A stretch of DNA of 64,000 nt, taken from Leucoraja erinacea. Taxonomy: Eukaryota. How positions within the stretch are numbered: position 1 is the first letter of the stretch; each line of letters opens with the position of its first letter. The notes under the pieces were generated by a model. That model ran no database searches. It was not told where the DNA came from and worked only from the letters and a program-made list of their open reading frames with translations. The DNA is taken from positions 18,290,001 to 18,354,000 of the forward strand of contig NC_073407.1 in the NCBI RefSeq assembly GCF_028641065.1. The letters are read 5' to 3'. Below are positions 51,643 to 62,313 of this stretch, piece by piece. The position numbers and the translations under genes are program-made.

Positions 51643-53385
51643 CTAAGGATAGACATTTATTTTGTATGAAATATATTCACAGAAGCAACAACTCTTCACT
51701 CCACCACCACAAATCCCCAAACACACCTATTCTCAACACAAACACTGTTTCATACGGCATCACTGAGATGATTATATATTATCCCCAAGTCAGGGTTGAT
51801 TGATATTACAGGACTTTGCCTCATTGTGTCAAGAACAAAAGTCACTATAAATAATTGGTTGGCTGCTGAAGACGAGTAAACTTGACACTTGATATGCACG
51901 TATTGTTATGTAGCTGTCTGGTGAAGCAAGACATTTAAGTACAGAAGAGGGTTAGTTTTGTCGATTCTGCCTGTTTCACCCCATAAGAGAATTTTTTTAA
52001 ATCTCTACTTGAATCACCCACTCCCACATATAGAATGTCTCAAATACATGTTTAATCTTATTACTACCAAACTTTTGGATATTGCTGCTTCTTATAAGGA
52101 CCTCTGTTGTCGTTGATGCCATTTCCATGAAGAGACTAAGCAATTTATTCCACAAATCCTTTAGCTGTGGGGCAACCATTTTTCAGGATGTAAATACAGT
52201 ATCAAGGCGAATCCAGTAAATTAATATGCACTCACGTCAATAAACTTCACATGAATTACAAATTTAAGCAGAAGTACTCTGCGATGTAACCAGAATCATT
52301 ATTTGGATGGCAAATGGTCTGATTTAATGTGCCACCCATTCACAATTTTCTTTCCTACATCTGCCAAGGTCCATCTCCAAAGCATCGTACCAGTTCCAAT
52401 AGCTCTCAGAATGTACCTACATTACATGTGTAACAGGTTATTCTCCCTGATACTAGTCAGGCATCAGAAATGAGTCTGATCATCAAACATAGCCAATTTA
52501 TCAGTATATGAAGCTTATCTATCCTGCCTAACTCAAAGGCACCAATCTGGATTATTGCTTCTCCCAATGTAAGGGTGGGTGGCCTCAATGTGTTATGAAA
52601 TTTAAAAAATGAAATAACTTTTATTTTCATCAATGCTACAATTATTGCTTGTAATAAAATTGACCAAAACAAAATTGATGACATATTTGTCAATTCCTCA
52701 ATGAGTATGCTACCAAGTTATCTGCACTGAGTATTTAGAGCTCAACGTTCAGTTGGGTGGGATATCCTAGGCAGCCTCGTTTGTTTTATCTTCTGTAATC
52801 TTATGACCACCCAGCTAATCACACCAAGTCACTTTTGGGGGCATTTTTTCCCAATGTATGATTACAATTGCTTTGTTTGAGAACACTCCTCTCAAATGCC
52901 TTTGGACTTTTATATTACGTTAAAAAGGCACATTACAATGAAGCTATTGCGATGACATGCAGGAGAAAATTTGAAGCAAATAATCAGTATTGTTTTAATT
53001 TATGTAATGAAACATTAAATACAAAGAACTGATTTTCATGCGTCACTTTAAGCTCAATGTTTGGAGGTTGTTTAACTACTTATATTTTTATGCATTCACC
53101 AAAAGTCTACAATTAGATTAAAACCATAATTCACTTGGAGATCCATTATTTTATAAATAAACTTTTTAAACTGCATGATTAAAACACAGCATTCACCATG
53201 CACCAAATTTCCATAATTTCATTTATAATCCTTCTGAACACCTTAATTAAAATGCATAACTCACTGCTAATATCCAATACTCTCTATGCTACCCTTCACG
53301 TTTTGATTCTTTAACTGCGAGGAGCATTGCCCCACACAAAATATCCCATCAAGCAATTTAAAATGTATCCATACTCTGATGTTAC

Positions 53386-53651
53386 CTTATAGTCGCTGAG
53401 ATATTTAGTGTGAAGGAAGTGCACAGTGGAGATAAAGAGATGAACATTTGCACTCTGCATTCCATTTGTGTAAATGTTCTCAGCTATTATTTTACTAATT
53501 AGGCTTTTGCCGGTCCCGGTCCAGCCATGTAGAGACAAAACTAGAGGTTTTTTAGGGTTTGGATTTGTGAAGAAACCATTTACAGCCTTCAAAACAACTT
53601 GCTTGGCAATATGTTGTCCAAATAGTTTGTTATCCAAGTCCATCTTCAAAC
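53386..53651 (-). CDS. tor1: Torsin-1 copy 2, exon 2 (Walker A GWTGTGKS)
   Basis: 266-nt AG/GT exon, open. Confidence 0.9.
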
Positions 53652-54229
53652 CTGGTTATGGAAATAAAAGGTTCAGATTATCACACAAAGAACAAAATTC
53701 TTTAAAATGCAGAGTTTTACAACTGATACACATTTTCCACATTTTTATTGCAGAGCTGAAGGGATGTTAAACATTTGGAGATATTCCCTCTCCATCAGTA
53801 CATAAAGCAGAGGCACTTTGCTTTCTAATGTGGACATCACAGATCCCAAAGCATGAGGAAAGGGGGAATTATCCCTTGTGTCCTGGCCAATGTCTACCCT
53901 TAAGCAATGACCATGATGCTCTTTGGTGCATATTTACTTTACATAAATTGGCTGGCATATGAAGCAGGTTTATAATAGAAGCCATACTTTATTGGTTAAT
54001 GAACCACTTTGAGATAGCTCAAGGATATGAGAACAACTATACAATTTATTATTTTACTTCCTGTATATCTCTGTCTTGTATAAAACATGCCTCAGTTGTT
54101 ACAACTGCAGGAGCTGATACTGATCAATTTTCCAGCGATTCATTGCTTAAAAATGAAAGCATCCTATTAATGTGAAGTGCTTCGGTCCGAGTACAGTCCA
54201 ATAAAAACACAATCAATACCCCACCCCAT

Positions 54230-54915
54230 AAGTCAAGTCAAGTCAAGTCAAGAGTTTATTGGCATGCATCCCAGATAGGACAATGAAATTCGGCCTGTTC
54301 ACAGTCGCGGGACTTACTTACCATCACCCGGCGGAGTCCCAACATCAGAAGCCTGGATCGCCTCAGCACAGAGGGAGAACAAGGAGAGAAGAGACAAGGA
54401 CTTAAGACTTTTGCCTTCCATCACAATGAGGAGGTGCATGGTAGACTCACTGTGGTGGATGTTAAATCTGTGTTTATTGTGTGTTTTGTTACTTTATTCT
54501 ATGTTATGACTGCAAGGCAAACAAAATTTTGTTCAGACTGAAAAGTCTGAATGACAATAAAGGAATACAATACAAAATTCTTGCATTGCTGCAGTACAAC
54601 AGGATATCGTAGTCATAAATACAGATCAGATCAGTGTGTCCATATACCATAGAATACATATATACACACACATCAGTAAACAGATAAAGTGCAATAAGTT
54701 GTTATAGTTCATAGTTTGTTTGAAGTTGTGTTTAATAGTCTGATGGCTGGGTGGGAAATAAGCTGTTCCTGAATCTGGATGTTGCAATTTCAGGCTCCTG
54801 TACCTTCTTCCCAATGGCAGTGGAGAGATGAGTGTGTGGCCAGGATGGTGTGGGCCCTTGATGATGTTGGCAGCCTTTTTGAGGCAGTGACTGTGATAGA
54901 TCCCCTCGATGGTGG
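54230..54915 (-). mobile_element. Rex1/Babar-like LINE 3' fragment with (GACTT)n tail, specific to copy 2 intron 1
   Basis: Minus strand ...LPLGRRYRSLK...YFP; AAGTC microsatellite at 54230-54252; absent at the matching copy 1 site near 34510. Confidence 0.65.
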
Positions 54916-56144
54916 GGAGTGAAAATGTCTAAATTCTGACCTCGGACGGTTTCTGTGCTCAGTTACACATCTGCCATTCCTTAACAATGTCTTAAATGTG
55001 CTTCTTTTCTTACCCTGTAAATGTTTTTGACATTCTTAACGACACAAAGACTGCCTACTTCCATCTTTGTTTCATCATCTGTCCTACTTCATCTAATATC
55101 CTTAGGAAAACCTCATTCATTTACTTGTGTCACTCCAGATTCCAGTCCAGGCAAGTCTTCTATCCCCATATCTGGAATCTTCAATGCAGGCAGATTCCTG
55201 CGACTCGGCTGTGACAGGAATCAGTGTTGGCCCATCATAATTTATATTACAAATTAGATTAAGAGACTGTATGAAGCTAAAACAAAATATGTGAGTAAAG
55301 AATAGAACAACATGTTGATTGGTGTAGAGGTTTATCGATAATACTGATAGAGGTGGATGTTTCATGTAAAGATGAGTTCAAAATCATGATAGATATGGCC
55401 AAATTACACGACTTGGAAGCGGGGCGATGAAGATGGGAATTCATTATATCAGATATAAAAACAAACATTTTAAACATTGAGATTGGTAAATAGTGATGTA
55501 CAGTGTAATCTTGACCCGTTGGTTCATGTAAATATGTAAATAAGTGAGTACCAGCAATTGGGAAAGCAAATGATTTGAACGTCAAAGGGCTGAATGGTCT
55601 CCTCCTGCACCTAATCTATCTTAATTGCAGAGTTTTTAGTATTAGCTTTAGAGACACAGCATATTTTGGTCCACCAAGTCCATGTTGACCATCAATCAAT
55701 CACCTGTACACTAGTTCTATGTTACCCCACTTTTGCATCCTACACTACAGGGGCAATTTCCAGAAGCCAATTAACATACAAACCGGCACGTTTTTCGAAT
55801 GTGGGAGGAAACCGAAGCACCCGGAGAAAACTCATGCAGTCGCAGGGAGAACACGAAAACTCCATACAGCCAACAACCACAGGGCGTGGAAGTACAATCT
55901 CAGTTTAGAAATACTGATAACTGGAACCACCATCTCAGGCAAATAAATGCAGATCACAGCCAGAATCTCGCAATTAGACAGGCGCATGGATTTGCAGGAA
56001 TGGAGGGTTATGTGCAGGCAGAGGAGAGTAATTTAACCCAGCATCAATGTTCAGCACCGATATTGTGGGCTTTAGGGCCTGTTCTTGTGCTGTATTGTTC
56101 TATGTTCTGTGAGCATTGGAGGTCAGGAGACCTAATAAAAGTAT

Positions 56145-57160
56145 GGGGAGGTTCCACGGCAGTCGGGTCACGATCCATGACCCGTACTGTTGCTACGCTA
56201 CTCCAAATGGATTACCCGCGATGTACTACAGGTAGGCACTTACCATTGTTTCCAACGTAGCGGGCCCGTTAAAACCCGCAGAAAATGTCAATTTTTGTGC
56301 TGCAAATAATTATTGAAATCAGGGATAAGTGTGTGAGACATTTAGCCCACTTCAGAATTCGAAAAGTGAGGAGAAATGACGTTAGATAGAAGTGAGAGCT
56401 GAAGGGACAACAACAGAGAGCTTGGCGAACATTGGCCGTTTCCTCACTGCATTTGATCAACTAAGGCATTATTTGTGTTTTTTCTTGATTCCATTTGCAT
56501 CTAAAAAGTTTCAGAAGTGATAAATCTGGCTGTGATTTTTTTTAATCGCCCATGGTTCCCAAGTGGGTTTTTACATACAAAATGAAAACGCATCTGAAGA
56601 AAATTTTACAACCAGATTTATCACTTCTGAGAATTTTTAGATACCAAAGGGATCAAGAAAAAGCACAAATAATGTCAAGAAGGGATTCGGCCCAAAATGT
56701 CGCCCATTTCCTTCGCTCCATAGATGCTGCTGCACCCGCTGAGTTTCTCCAGCATTTTTGTGTACCTTCAATCTTCCAGCATCTGCAGTTCCTTCTTGAA
56801 CACAAATAATGCCTTACTGTTGATGAAATGCAGTGAGCAAACGCGATAATTCCCAATATTTTCAATTCCGATATCTGCACGGCCAATGTTTACCAAGCAC
56901 TTTAGGCGTAGCTGCTGTTGTCCCTTCATTTCACTTCACTTTTGGAATTCTAAAGTTGGGTACATGTCTCTCACACTTACCCCGATCCACTATTTTTTTC
57001 AGCGCAAAAATTCAACATTTTGGCGGTTTTTAACAGGTAGGAAAGTATGCGTTTCTAGCATTAATAACATATACCAGAAGTGACGGATGTCCTCCAGATG
57101 GATTGAGTGGCTCCGTGCGTCAAGCCCTATGACCCAGTGCCCTATGACGTGCAACCCTCC
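56145..57160. mobile_element. Foldback MITE with long internal inverted repeats and a nested pLTR-type repeat
   Basis: Imperfect TIR GGGGAGGTTCCACG / CGTGCAACCCTCC; internal arms ~56465-56540 and ~56600-56675 are reverse complements; absent from copy 1 near 35835. Confidence 0.8.
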
Positions 57161-57523
57161 TATATGAGAGGCTTCCTGTGGTGTACTGTTTTATTTATTT
57201 ATTACATTATTATAGAAACAACACTATATCAATGACCACTTTTCACTCTCCACTCATCAAAAGAGACAAATAAAGTTAAGATTAAAGAAATCAATTTCTT
57301 CTCCCTATTATTCAGGGCCAAGTAATTACTGGCTTATTACTGGATTTGTATCCAAATCTGAATTTGCATTGTAATTCCCCACAGCATTGTTCATTGTCAC
57401 AACCTATCTTTGGTCACAACAGAGAAAGCAGACGTGTTGCAAGGTGGCCTGTGGCATGCGGATGCAGCACAAATAAATAGCCGGTGTATGTTAACGTGGC
57501 AGTGAGATGTCACGACCATTTAC

Positions 57524-57689
57524 CTGTCAGGTTGAGTTTCACGCACTCGTCATCACAACACTCCTGGAACTTGCAGAACAGTTTGGGGAAGAGGCCGGTA
57601 AAAAAAGTGCCCATACTGATGGACTCCACGACCGCCAGAAAAGGGGTGGACAAGAGCACGAGCAGCACAGCCCGGACCATCACCTTCAT
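57524..57689 (-). CDS. tor1: Torsin-1 copy 2, exon 1 (signal peptide, shortened hydrophobic domain)
   Basis: ATG at 57689, donor intact; 166 nt versus 193 nt in copy 1 (27 nt lost in frame). Confidence 0.88.
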
Positions 57690-58892
57690 GTTGTCGGTTT
57701 CCTGGCGGCCGCCCCCTAACAGGCGACGAGGCACAAGACCCCGCCTCAACGCAGCGGCCAGCGAGCCCTGACAACCCAGCGGAAGAGCAGGCAGCGTCAC
57801 ATCCGCCCCTCTGACCTTCCTCCCCCCCAACCCTCAGACAGACATGTTTGTGAGGGGCATCCACACAGGCAGGAATATGGTGCTGACAACAGTCAACTTG
57901 TCCCTCACACTCACTATCACTCTTTGTCTCATTTTCTGGAGAGTTGGAACTGTTCAGTAAATCCAGCAGCATTTGTGACGAGAAGGGAAAAAAATGAATA
58001 AGTTTTGGAACGAATACAATTAAGATTATAGAACCCCATCTAATCCAATCAACATATTATTCTATTCCCTACTCACCTATTTATTTTTTGTTTCTTTTTA
58101 CGTGAATCTACTAATAATATGACAATTTTCTGGATGAGTAAACTGTTATCTTCGATCTTTTCCCCATAGTTTTAGACACATCCATATTTGTCCTCCTTGC
58201 AGAATTTATTTCTGGGGGGAGTCTCCAAATATCCAAATATACAAGGGCGGAAGATTCTTCTAAGTTTTGATTTGTGCTCAGAACCGTAAAGCCTTGACAG
58301 AGCTTGATGATTCAGGCACACGTCAAACGCAGGACAATTTTTTTGGACTTGAAATAAGATCTCTGAAGAAAAAAAATTCAGAGGATGCACAAAGTCCTCA
58401 AAAGCATTTCAATACTCATGTTTTTGGCAAAATCTGTAATTATAAATATAAAACCTGTTATATATTATAAAACACTGGGCAGCGGGTTCAATGATTTTCA
58501 AAAATGAATTGATTTAAGTATTTGATGCAAAAGATGACTGAGGTCTGTGAAGGAAAAGTGTGTGGAAGAAACTGAAAAGAGAGATATTACAAGAGACATC
58601 ATGAACACGATGGAATAAAAACAAGGCGCAACTCGGTAACATGATGGAATACTCCCTACTGGCCTTAAATCAGTGCAGCTCTTAATACCATCCATTACTA
58701 AATACTAATTTCCTCACTACCTGTATGTCCTATCTATACAATGCACAGCACTTGATTTGGCTGCTCCACTAACATTTTGGTGCAGAAGAGGTTTACCACA
58801 ATTTTGCTTGCATTATAGAGGGTATTAGCTATAAGGTTGGACAAACTTGGATTATTTTCTCTGTAATGTAAGAGTTTGAAGGGGAACCTGAC

Positions 58893-59387
58893 GAGGGTTG
58901 CCAACTGTCCCGTATTAGCCGGGACATCCCGTATATTGGGCTAAGTTGGTTTGTCCGCACTTGTCCCGTATTTGACTGCGACTACTCGGGTCAAGGGGAC
59001 TGTTGGTTCGGAGCGCTGCGAATGGCCCCGTCTCACCCGTCCCGATGCAGTGCAGCCCATGGAGTGCAGCAGCAGTGCCTCGCTCGTGGCCCCGTCTGTC
59101 AGCAGCCCGGCCAGCTGTCCGACCTTCGGACCTTCGCTTATTCCTTCTCATGGCCGATCATCGGGTCATGAGTTGGATGGGGTGCAGGATGTTGCATACA
59201 ACATCGCGTGGCCTGGATCAAAATCCGCAACTGGCCCGCCGGCTGGGATTTGTGTGCAGTCCAGCACCCGGGCCAACTCATCATTTACCCAGCCACGGCC
59301 GAGTCAGTCAACGAATTGATATTGGGAATTTGCCCCTAATTTTGACCTTTTGTCCCTTATTTGGGAGTGAGAAAGTTGGCAACCCTA
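58893..59387. mobile_element. Non-autonomous TIR element (AGGGTTGCCAAC termini) nested in an old CR1 fragment
   Basis: AGGGTTGCCAACT ... AGTTGGCAACCCT inverted termini; TGTCCC subterminal repeats. Confidence 0.75.
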
Positions 59388-59629
59388 GACCTAACCGAAG
59401 TATATGAAATTATGAGAGGCATAGATAAGGTGGACAGAACCTTTTTCTCAGGGTGGAAATGTCAAAGACTAGACGAAAGAGCTTTAAGGTGGGAAGATGG
59501 AACTGCTCCTCTGCACCTCAAAGACATGTGGGTAACTGCAGCATTACTTTCCTAATTTTGTATTCAATTACCCTTGTGACAAGGATCAACATATCTGTCT
59601 GTTCTCTACCTGTTCATGTGTCTGTCTAA

Positions 59630-61695
59630 ATGGCTCTTAGACGACAAACCACCTGCACTGGTTTGTCAATGTCCAAGTGTGCCGGCTTAAGATGGTCCAC
59701 AAAGACAGTCTCATGCCTGCCGCCCATGTTGATGACAAAAGTCGTGGTGCCGTGTTGCAGAACCTGGAAAGGTCCCTCATAAGGCCATTGCAGTGGTGTA
59801 TGGTGAGAATCGCTGCGAAGGAAGACGTACCGGCAGTCCTGGAGGGCAGGTGGGACGTACGTGGTGGTGAGTCCATGGCGGGACGTTGAGACTGGAGAGA
59901 GCGCACCCACCATCTCCCAGAGGTGTGTCAGCCTGGTCGTGGGCGGTTCCTGATGTCGACGTGCCGCTGGGATGGTGGGCGCGCTCTCCCCAGTCCCAAC
60001 GTGACGACTACGGCTCGCAGCACACGGAATGGGCTTTCGTAGTCCCGTTGTAATGGCTAGCGGTGAGCATCCCTGCAGATGAAGATATAGGCATACTGTT
60101 GTAACACCGTGGGCACATGCACTGCAGACGAACCATGCCTGGCAGTGGGAACTGGGGCCAACGTGCTCACCCTTTGTCGAAGGCTGGCCAGCAGCGCTGG
60201 AGCTGATGCGACTTGACCGCGGGCGGCAGGCAGAAAATCCCCAGGCACCCGCAGGGCCGAGCCGTACACGAGCTCGGCCGAGGAAGTAGCCAAATCCTCC
60301 TTCGATGCGGTGCATGTACCAAGGAGGACCCAGGGCAGTTGGTCCACCCAGTCTGTGCCCGTAAGTCGAGCTTTCAGCGCCGACGGAACCTTTCGACCAG
60401 CCCATTAGCCTGCGGATGGTAGGCAATCATATGGTGCAACTGGGCACCGTAGAGCTGGGCTAGGGCAGACCACAAGGAAGAGGTGAACTGGGCCCCCCGG
60501 TCGGTGGAAATGTCAGAGGGCACCCCGAACCTGGCGATCCGGTGGTGGATTGGTTCACGAGGTGGCCTGAGGCTATTCCGCTGTCGGACACCTCCGCCAC
60601 GTCTTGTCCCCGGGCACTCGCGGCCAATTGGATAGCTAGGTTTGAGGTTCTGGCAGACATTTCCACCGACTGGGGGGCTCAGTTCACGTTCTCGTTGTGG
60701 GCTTCGCTGGCGAAGATATACGGGGCGCAGTTGCACCACATCTTCGCCTATCACCCTCAGGCAAATGGGCTCGTGGAGCGGTTCCACCGCCACTTGAAAG
60801 CGGTACTGAAGGCACGGCTCACAGGTCCGGACTGCGTCAACCAGTTGCCTCGGGTGCTCTTAGGCATCCGCACGGCCCCCAAAGCGAACTTGGATGCATC
60901 GTCCGCCGAGTTGGTCTGCGGCTCAGTTTTGCGGGTGACCAGGGATTTCCTCCCTGCATGGTTCGAGGGCAGCTGGAAGACATCCAGGCGGTGTTGGCGA
61001 GTCTCCGGCAGCTAGTGGGCGGCCTGGCTCCTGTGCCTACCTCGCGGCATGGGACAGCCCTGGTCCACGTGCCGCCAGAACATAAAAACTGCTTATTTGT
61101 TTTTGTCCGCAGGGATTTGCATCGGTCCGCACTGCATCGTGTCTACGATGGTTCGTTCTGGGTGTTGCGTCGCGACTTTCCAGTTGGACGCTGGGGGCCG
61201 GGAGATCGCCCCCGTCGCTCGGCTTAAACCGGCTCACCTGGATGTCTACAGCCCGGTAGTGGTGGCGTAGCCTCGACCTAGGGGCCGTCTGCTGGCCGAT
61301 CCAGTGGCACCTGCTGTGCTTGTTCTCCCCGCACCTCTTGCTTCTGTTCCTCCCACACCGTCAAGGTCTCCTGGCTTTGTTCCGCCAGCCTCACCTGTAC
61401 CGCCCGTCCCGTCTGTTGTTACCACGCGGGCCAGTCGTCGGGTCCACCCTCCTGCTCAGTTCCGTACCTCGGGTTCTGGGGGTGGGTCCTGTAGCGGCCC
61501 CTTGTGGTGGACTTGTTAATATCGAACCCTCGCGATTGGCTGGTACGGTCACATGAGCGCGGGAGCTTCTTCGATTTTTTCTGTAACCGTTCATTCTAGC
61601 GTCACACGAATAGATTACACATCGTTAAAATTTGGCTGTCTATCTCGACTCGGGTGACTACTTTGTTTGCACACCTTAACATCTCGACTAGCCAA
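59630..61695. mobile_element. Rearranged Gypsy integrase fragments (minus ~59630-60540, plus ~60542-61270), PPT and 3' LTR (61490-61695)
   Basis: rve motifs VDWFTRWPEAIPL, STD(R/W)GAQF, YHPQANGLVER and GPY/F module YEGPF; G-rich PPT before the LTR; AGTAG after the LTR. Confidence 0.88.
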
Positions 61696-62313
61696 AGTAG
61701 AATAATTAATTCTGAAGTGTATCGACACAACCTGTCTGCTCAAGGTCAAACAAATGTCTCAAAACTCATTGGCCGGCGGTTCATTTTACGGCAAGACAAT
61801 GATCCCAAACATACTGCTAAAGCAACAAAGGAGTTTTTCACAGCTAAAAAATTCTTGAGTGGCCAAGTCAATCACCCGATCTGAACCCAATTGAGCATGA
61901 CTTTTATATGCTGAAGAGAAAGCTGAAGGGGAATAGCCCCCAGAACAAGAATAAGCTAAAGATGGCTGCAATACAGGCCTGGCAGAGCATCACCAGAGAA
62001 GATACCCAGCAACTGGTGATGTCCATGAATCGCAGACTTCAAACAGCCATTGCATAAAAAAAAGTAAATGCAACAAAATACACAACATGACTACTTTCAT
62101 TTACATGACATTGCTGTGTCCCAAACATTATGGTGCCATGAAATGGGGAGACTATGTATAAGCACTGCTGTAATTTCTACATGGTGAAACCAAAATGTGT
62201 AAAAATGGCCTTTATTAAAATGTGACAATGTGCACTTGAATCACATGTGATTTTTTCTATTACAAATCTCAAATTGTGGAGTACAGAGGCAAATAAATAA
62301 ATGATGGGTCTTT
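61696..62313 (+). mobile_element. Tc1 3' half (copy D)
   Basis: RQDNDPKHTAK, PSQSPDLNPIE; right TIR truncated at the same point as copy A. Confidence 0.88.
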
